Below are positions 59,470 through 64,000 of a stretch of DNA of 64,000 nt, piece after piece (position 1 is the stretch's first letter; each line of letters begins with the position of its first letter). Source of the DNA: a virus; the IMG/VR virus record IMGVR_UViG_3300028388_001983, positions 1 to 64,000 of that record. One strand, given 5' to 3'. Position numbers and translations under genes: made by a program. The notes under the pieces were generated by a model, which saw only the letters and a program-made list of their open reading frames with translations, was not told where the DNA came from and made no database searches.

Positions 59470-60134
59470 GACAAATCCTCCCTTAATAACCATCCAGCCG
59501 GATAAGCTACTGGTGAATAAACATTATAATCAATCAGACTTTCATAAACATTACCGTCTGTATATCTTACTAAATCCCCTATACGAAACGCATCATGTCC
59601 CCCCGTGGGTTGATACCATTCAATGATTTCTTCACTTGGCACGCTCTTCCAAAGAGCTGGAGTAATATCAGGTGTTTGTCCTTCTACTGTCATGTGCTCC
59701 TGTAAGCACTCATACTGAATATTATTCCAAATCCGTTTCCATCCTACATATACATATTCATTCTGAATCCATTGTAAATCATCTGCGTTATCCCTGAAAA
59801 AAGTAAATAAAGCCGGTATTTCGGAAGGTTTGTAAATGGTTTTTAAATGGGATTGACGGCAAATAAATAAATCACTCGGCTGATCTAATCCTAAATCAGG
59901 GTCATCCCATTGATAAACTTTTCCTTGTTCTAAAGTTTCATGTTCGTCGTATCTTAATATTTCTGTTGTGCCTGTTTGCTTGGATATAATCAAATCTTTT
60001 GCAGATTGTAAATCCTCATCACTTAATACTCTTTCAGGTAACATATAAGTATTATCAGGAAGTTTACGAGAATTAATACCACTATATTTCCCAAACTTAC
60101 CTTCAATATGTTCTGATAATATTATTATATTCAT
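59466..60134 (-). CDS. Carbohydrate-binding protein with CBM5/12-like repeats
   Basis: CRQSH...PSEIPALF, YECLQEH...PDITPALWK and WYQPTGGHDAFRIGDLVRY...YSPVAYPAGW. Confidence 0.75.
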   Translation of the reverse strand: MNIIILSEHIEGKFGKYSGINSRKLPDNTYMLPERVLSDEDLQSAKDLIISKQTGTTEILRYDEHETLEQGKVYQWDDPDLGLDQPSDLFICRQSHLKTIYKPSEIPALFTFFRDNADDLQWIQNEYVYVGWKRIWNNIQYECLQEHMTVEGQTPDITPALWKSVPSEEIIEWYQPTGGHDAFRIGDLVRYTDGNVYESLIDYNVYSPVAYPAGWLLREDLS

Positions 60135-60931
60135 GTTAATATTCCTTTGCCATTTGAATCCATGTATGTTTCAATCGCATTCCTTATTACACCTTCAGAT
60201 GTACTTGATAATTTTTTAGCCCCAGACATGTAAAAACTAATCGTATCCAAAGCATAATAAGCACCTACTCTCAGTAAGGTAACTTGACTTGAAGGTAAAT
60301 TATCATTATCCCCAACATAAGATGTTAACAACCCATTATTCCATACTGATACATTAGTCAAATTATTAGAACTAAAAATATAATTTGTATTATTATTTGT
60401 ATTATTTATATCTTTTCTAGTATTATCATTATGATAATGCCTAATTTTATCAATGCTGTAATATCCTAATCCATACGCAGCAATACCATACTGAGGCCCA
60501 TATGAAGCTGGGTTAATACCTCCACTTAATGTTAGCAAACCATAAGAAGATTCATTTTGAGTATAATTTACCGCATCCGTAGAAGGATTATAATCCATTT
60601 TTAAATAAGCATTTGAACCATCTCCCTTAAATCCTTCATACTGAGTAAATACTGGGCTATTATATGCTATCCCATCATGACTTCTTTTAACCATGTTCTT
60701 TAATGCAGCATCTTCTGTCTCATTTGCCAACATGTAAAAAGTATCAAAAAAATCACTCAAATTATTAATATTCAATCCATCCTTTACGTCCGTTATAAGT
60801 GTACTTAATTTCGTTTGTTGGTCAGAACTCAATGGAGTAGATAAAGCGTCAAGATAGGTTTGAAGGTCGGGGTCTAATATAACGCCTCCCCCACCCCTCC
60901 TTTTTGTTAGTCCTAATCCTATTCCTATCAT
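60131..60931 (-). CDS. Putative tail-associated lectin-like protein
   Basis: MIGIGLGLTKRRGGG N-terminus and GFKGDGSNAYL, typical of phage accessory fibre/lectin proteins. Confidence 0.55.
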   Translation of the reverse strand: MIGIGLGLTKRRGGGGVILDPDLQTYLDALSTPLSSDQQTKLSTLITDVKDGLNINNLSDFFDTFYMLANETEDAALKNMVKRSHDGIAYNSPVFTQYEGFKGDGSNAYLKMDYNPSTDAVNYTQNESSYGLLTLSGGINPASYGPQYGIAAYGLGYYSIDKIRHYHNDNTRKDINNTNNNTNYIFSSNNLTNVSVWNNGLLTSYVGDNDNLPSSQVTLLRVGAYYALDTISFYMSGAKKLSSTSEGVIRNAIETYMDSNGKGILT

Positions 60932-61140
60932 AATTTTATTTTTTTATTTTGCCCAAGGCATATATAAAGTTGTTCATACCATTGTTCGCCACGTTCAAAT
61001 AACACTGAATAATCATCTTGTAAAGTTGTTGAGTTGACTTTCGCAAGAGTTTTCCAGGGAGAATATGAAGATGTTCCTGAATTATTATCATTCCCGTCTG
61101 GACTTACATAATAAGCTGTGACTGTATCGCTTTTATTCAT
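60928..61140 (-). pseudogene. Truncated right-handed beta-helix (pectin-lyase-like) protein
   Basis: YYVSPDGNDNNSGTS..PWKTLAKVN...VLFERG is the usual N-terminal cap of long beta-helix proteins, but the ORF ends at 70 aa. Confidence 0.65.
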
Positions 61141-64000
61141 CTTTATTCATCCATGCGTGACTAAGAACTTGATTAGGGTCTGAAAATTCACCAGCAAGAG
61201 GGACTCCATTTTTCCCTTGTGCTTCCTGTTTCCATTGAAAAACTGCTATATCATCAATTTGCCACCATTCATCACGTTGAGCAGATTCATCTTCCCCTCC
61301 ATCATAAGGAGCCCCTAATGAATTTCCTCCGAAAAAAACATCCCCTCTGAATGTATTGATTCCCCATTGATCTGGTCTTGTCGTTCTGTAATAAGAGGAA
61401 AGAATCTCCATACCGCTGTATCTTCCATGTAATACCCCATCTACAAATACTTCCATGAATCCATCTTGATTAACTGAATTATCTGCATTATAGGTATTCA
61501 TCACATATCTAAGGGTAATATTTTGCCATTGTCCAGGTTCTAGGTAGGCCCTTCCGTTAAATTGATAGCAAAAATCGCCTGCTCCCCATTGTGTTCTTCC
61601 TGAGTTTTGATAATACATATAAAAATATAATTGACCCCTATCTGGATCACCAGTGACGGGCTTATACATTACCCTTAAAGAAGCTCCTTCATCGTATGTA
61701 GGTTGCATAGATATAGTTTTATCACCTCCAGCATGAACTCCGGCGAACATTTTTCCGCCACGGTTAAAAAGAAAACCAGGTTTATGTTTAATATTATACG
61801 TCATCCACACTTCTTCGTAAGGGCCAATAGGCATATTCCATTCATCGCCGCCGATGAGATTTGTGACACCTCCTTCAACTGTATTATATTCAAGTACCTT
61901 TGATCCATAATTACTATCAATAGTTATTGAATCAAAATATCCTACCGTATATGGCAATGGAGAAGTCTCTGGATATTTATAATATGTATTTGCCAGACTA
62001 GATACATAACTGGCATTATATTCTGAAGTTGAAGGGTCTCTATAATCAACTGATCTTCCTGTCCCCCCCGGGAAATCTTGTTGGTATTGTGATTTTGTCC
62101 ATTTCCCTGTTGAATGATCTTCCCAATCTTGTTCTAAGATGATAGTATATTGAGACTTATCTGGATTATCATATACAGGGGGTTCATATGTTGTACTTGA
62201 CCCGGATAATATTGAGCCTGGATTTGAATATAATTCAGCTACATTTGCTGAAGATAATGTTTGATTCATAATCAAAACCTCATCCAGATATGCGTTAATA
62301 TCATCCGTCCCATCTTTTTGTTGTCCAATTCGTGTGACTCCGGCCAGCGTAACGCCAGAATGAAAATCTGTTGAACTTCCTTCATAAATATTATCAACAT
62401 AAAAGTTGACGGAATCCGCATACTTATTGACAACAACATGAGACATTGCATCTGTTACAAATACAACTCCTGTATTAGATGCTGCTGTAAGCGTAGTTCC
62501 GTCTTTTGTTTCAAGATAGACGGTATTAGTAGAAAAATTAATATAAATATTAATGCTATCAGAACTAAATACTGTTGATCTTGTGTATGCGTCTTTCTCT
62601 GTTACCCAAAATGAAACTGAAAAAACTGTATCTACATCACTACCCAAATTAATTTCAAAATATCTATCTGTCCCCCACATTTGCCATGCGTAAGTTCCCG
62701 CTGCAACCGCATTCGTTGTATAGCCCAATGCTGCGCTAGCTGTCCCATTATAATTATCAAGATCATCTAACACATTATTTTCTGCCTTATAATGTGCTAA
62801 TGTTTCAACTGTGTCTGAACCGTATGAAACGAGACTCAGGCTTACATCTTGCAATTCATTATACTGCATGTCAACAACATTATTATTTCCAGATTTTGCA
62901 TATACTATTGAATCTGGAGAACTTGCAGAAGCACAAGTGAATAATATTACATTCCCATCTATGACTGGATTTGTGACTTCTTTTTCTGACGCTCCCTCAT
63001 AAGCTTTCCATGCTGCCGTATCGGGCGTTATAGATGATATTAATTGTTCATTTGCATTAATCCTTATTTTATTGTCCCCGTCTCGATTAAAACTGGCTGT
63101 ATCAATCGTAGGAGGTATCACATCTATGATTGCAGCCTCTCCAATGTAAGCACTAAGAAGATCGTTAGACGTTGCTTCTGAAATCACATCACTATATATT
63201 CTTGCTCCATCCAAATATCCTGATAATGTCAAGGTATCTGACAAATTAAGCCCAAATCTGAGAGTGTCTTGCGTCCAATTCACCGCAAGATTAGCAGTAG
63301 AATCTTCTGTTTGATCAATTCCGTTAATAATGAACCTTACATCATTTGTTGTACTATCAACTGTCAATATTACCATATTCGATCCTGCTCCGGGCACGAA
63401 TATGCTATCATTTGATGATGCTGTATCTCCTGCACATATAAAATGAAACTGTCGATTAGGAGCATCAAGCAAAAATTCTGTTGTGTCTGTTGCAAAAATT
63501 GTCCCAACGTAGTCAACCCCCCATACTTGCAAACCTACTGCAAAAGTGAATGAGTTTGAAAATGGAAAATTATTTACATCTATATAGCTTGTTGAAAAAA
63601 ATGATGCTTTATAGTTACCAGAAAGTGCAAGGGCCGTAGGGTAATAGAATCCTGATGATGCAGTTCCGTCATAACTTCCCTTTGAGTCTTGCGCATTGTT
63701 TTCAAAGTCATAAAAGGAAATTAACGAAATCAATTCTTCAACATTATTAGTTACGACTTCATTGTTAAAAGTAGCTAGAGCATTCCCGGAGAGATCTCTA
63801 ATGTAATTATCTGAAAGGGTATTGTATGACAAATTAAGCACATCACTTTGCACGATTGTATCGTTAAGACTTAAATAAATATATTGTCCGGATGCAGTTA
63901 TACTATCAATTTCTGTCGAAGAAAAATGATTTATACTTATAATGAACGCATCATCACTTACACTAGGAACATATGAGGCGTCTATTGATTCTGAAAAAGT
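61133..64000 (-). CDS. Large multidomain protein (Ig/SwmB-like + 2 LamG + PL14-like polysaccharide lyase), 5'-truncated by the window edge
   Basis: Frame is open to 64000 (TFSESIDASYVP...). LamG-like LDGARIY and LDEVLIMN; lyase motifs FNRGGKM, SLRVMY, YMYY, WQNITLRYVMNT, DGFMEVFVDG and FFGG. Confidence 0.8.
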   Translation of the reverse strand, partial: TFSESIDASYVPSVSDDAFIISINHFSSTEIDSITASGQYIYLSLNDTIVQSDVLNLSYNTLSDNYIRDLSGNALATFNNEVVTNNVEELISLISFYDFENNAQDSKGSYDGTASSGFYYPTALALSGNYKASFFSTSYIDVNNFPFSNSFTFAVGLQVWGVDYVGTIFATDTTEFLLDAPNRQFHFICAGDTASSNDSIFVPGAGSNMVILTVDSTTNDVRFIINGIDQTEDSTANLAVNWTQDTLRFGLNLSDTLTLSGYLDGARIYSDVISEATSNDLLSAYIGEAAIIDVIPPTIDTASFNRDGDNKIRINANEQLISSITPDTAAWKAYEGASEKEVTNPVIDGNVILFTCASASSPDSIVYAKSGNNNVVDMQYNELQDVSLSLVSYGSDTVETLAHYKAENNVLDDLDNYNGTASAALGYTTNAVAAGTYAWQMWGTDRYFEINLGSDVDTVFSVSFWVTEKDAYTRSTVFSSDSINIYINFSTNTVYLETKDGTTLTAASNTGVVFVTDAMSHVVVNKYADSVNFYVDNIYEGSSTDFHSGVTLAGVTRIGQQKDGTDDINAYLDEVLIMNQTLSSANVAELYSNPGSILSGSSTTYEPPVYDNPDKSQYTIILEQDWEDHSTGKWTKSQYQQDFPGGTGRSVDYRDPSTSEYNASYVSSLANTYYKYPETSPLPYTVGYFDSITIDSNYGSKVLEYNTVEGGVTNLIGGDEWNMPIGPYEEVWMTYNIKHKPGFLFNRGGKMFAGVHAGGDKTISMQPTYDEGASLRVMYKPVTGDPDRGQLYFYMYYQNSGRTQWGAGDFCYQFNGRAYLEPGQWQNITLRYVMNTYNADNSVNQDGFMEVFVDGVLHGRYSGMEILSSYYRTTRPDQWGINTFRGDVFFGGNSLGAPYDGGEDESAQRDEWWQIDDIAVFQWKQEAQGKNGVPLAGEFSDPNQVLSHAWMNKDE

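Noticed and set aside
13093-63002. Many short + strand ORFs inside the - strand genes (e.g. 13093, 23795, 46888, 48245, 62811), and the - strand ORFs at 4055 and 9435
   Set aside because: Antisense shadows of long genes, with no motifs or start context.
1-64000. CRISPR array, diversity-generating retroelement, group I/II introns, integrase
   Set aside because: No regularly spaced repeats, reverse transcriptase or recombinase seen by eye; nrdJ, polA, portal and MCP are uninterrupted. A computational repeat search could still find weak repeats.

Overview
AT-rich fragment of a crAss-like phage (Crassvirales) genome, with a Bacteroidota host inferred from TTTG-N20-TAnnTTTG promoters. Two convergent arms meet at a terminator near 10.07 kb. 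The + arm (1-10059) carries replication and metabolism genes: class II ribonucleotide reductase, family A DNA polymerase, two metallophosphoesterases, a glucosaminidase, a sulfotransferase and an unassigned ~150-nt structured RNA. The - arm (10095-64000) carries the virion module: intein-containing terminase, portal, scaffold-like protein, major capsid, ring/tail proteins, lysis cassette, a sialidase-like spike, cargo proteins and a giant virion RNA polymerase (DFDVD) that appears broken by a frameshift. The right end holds an accessory glycan-active cassette (signal-peptide LamG-GH5-CBM protein, CBM5/12-like protein, LamG-PL14 lyase), partly of foreign composition. Several abrupt junctions (RNAP, terminase ATPase, two in the accessory cassette) may be assembly gaps or real deletions. 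No tRNA, CRISPR array or stop-codon reassignment was seen. All family calls are by motif recognition from memory, not database search.
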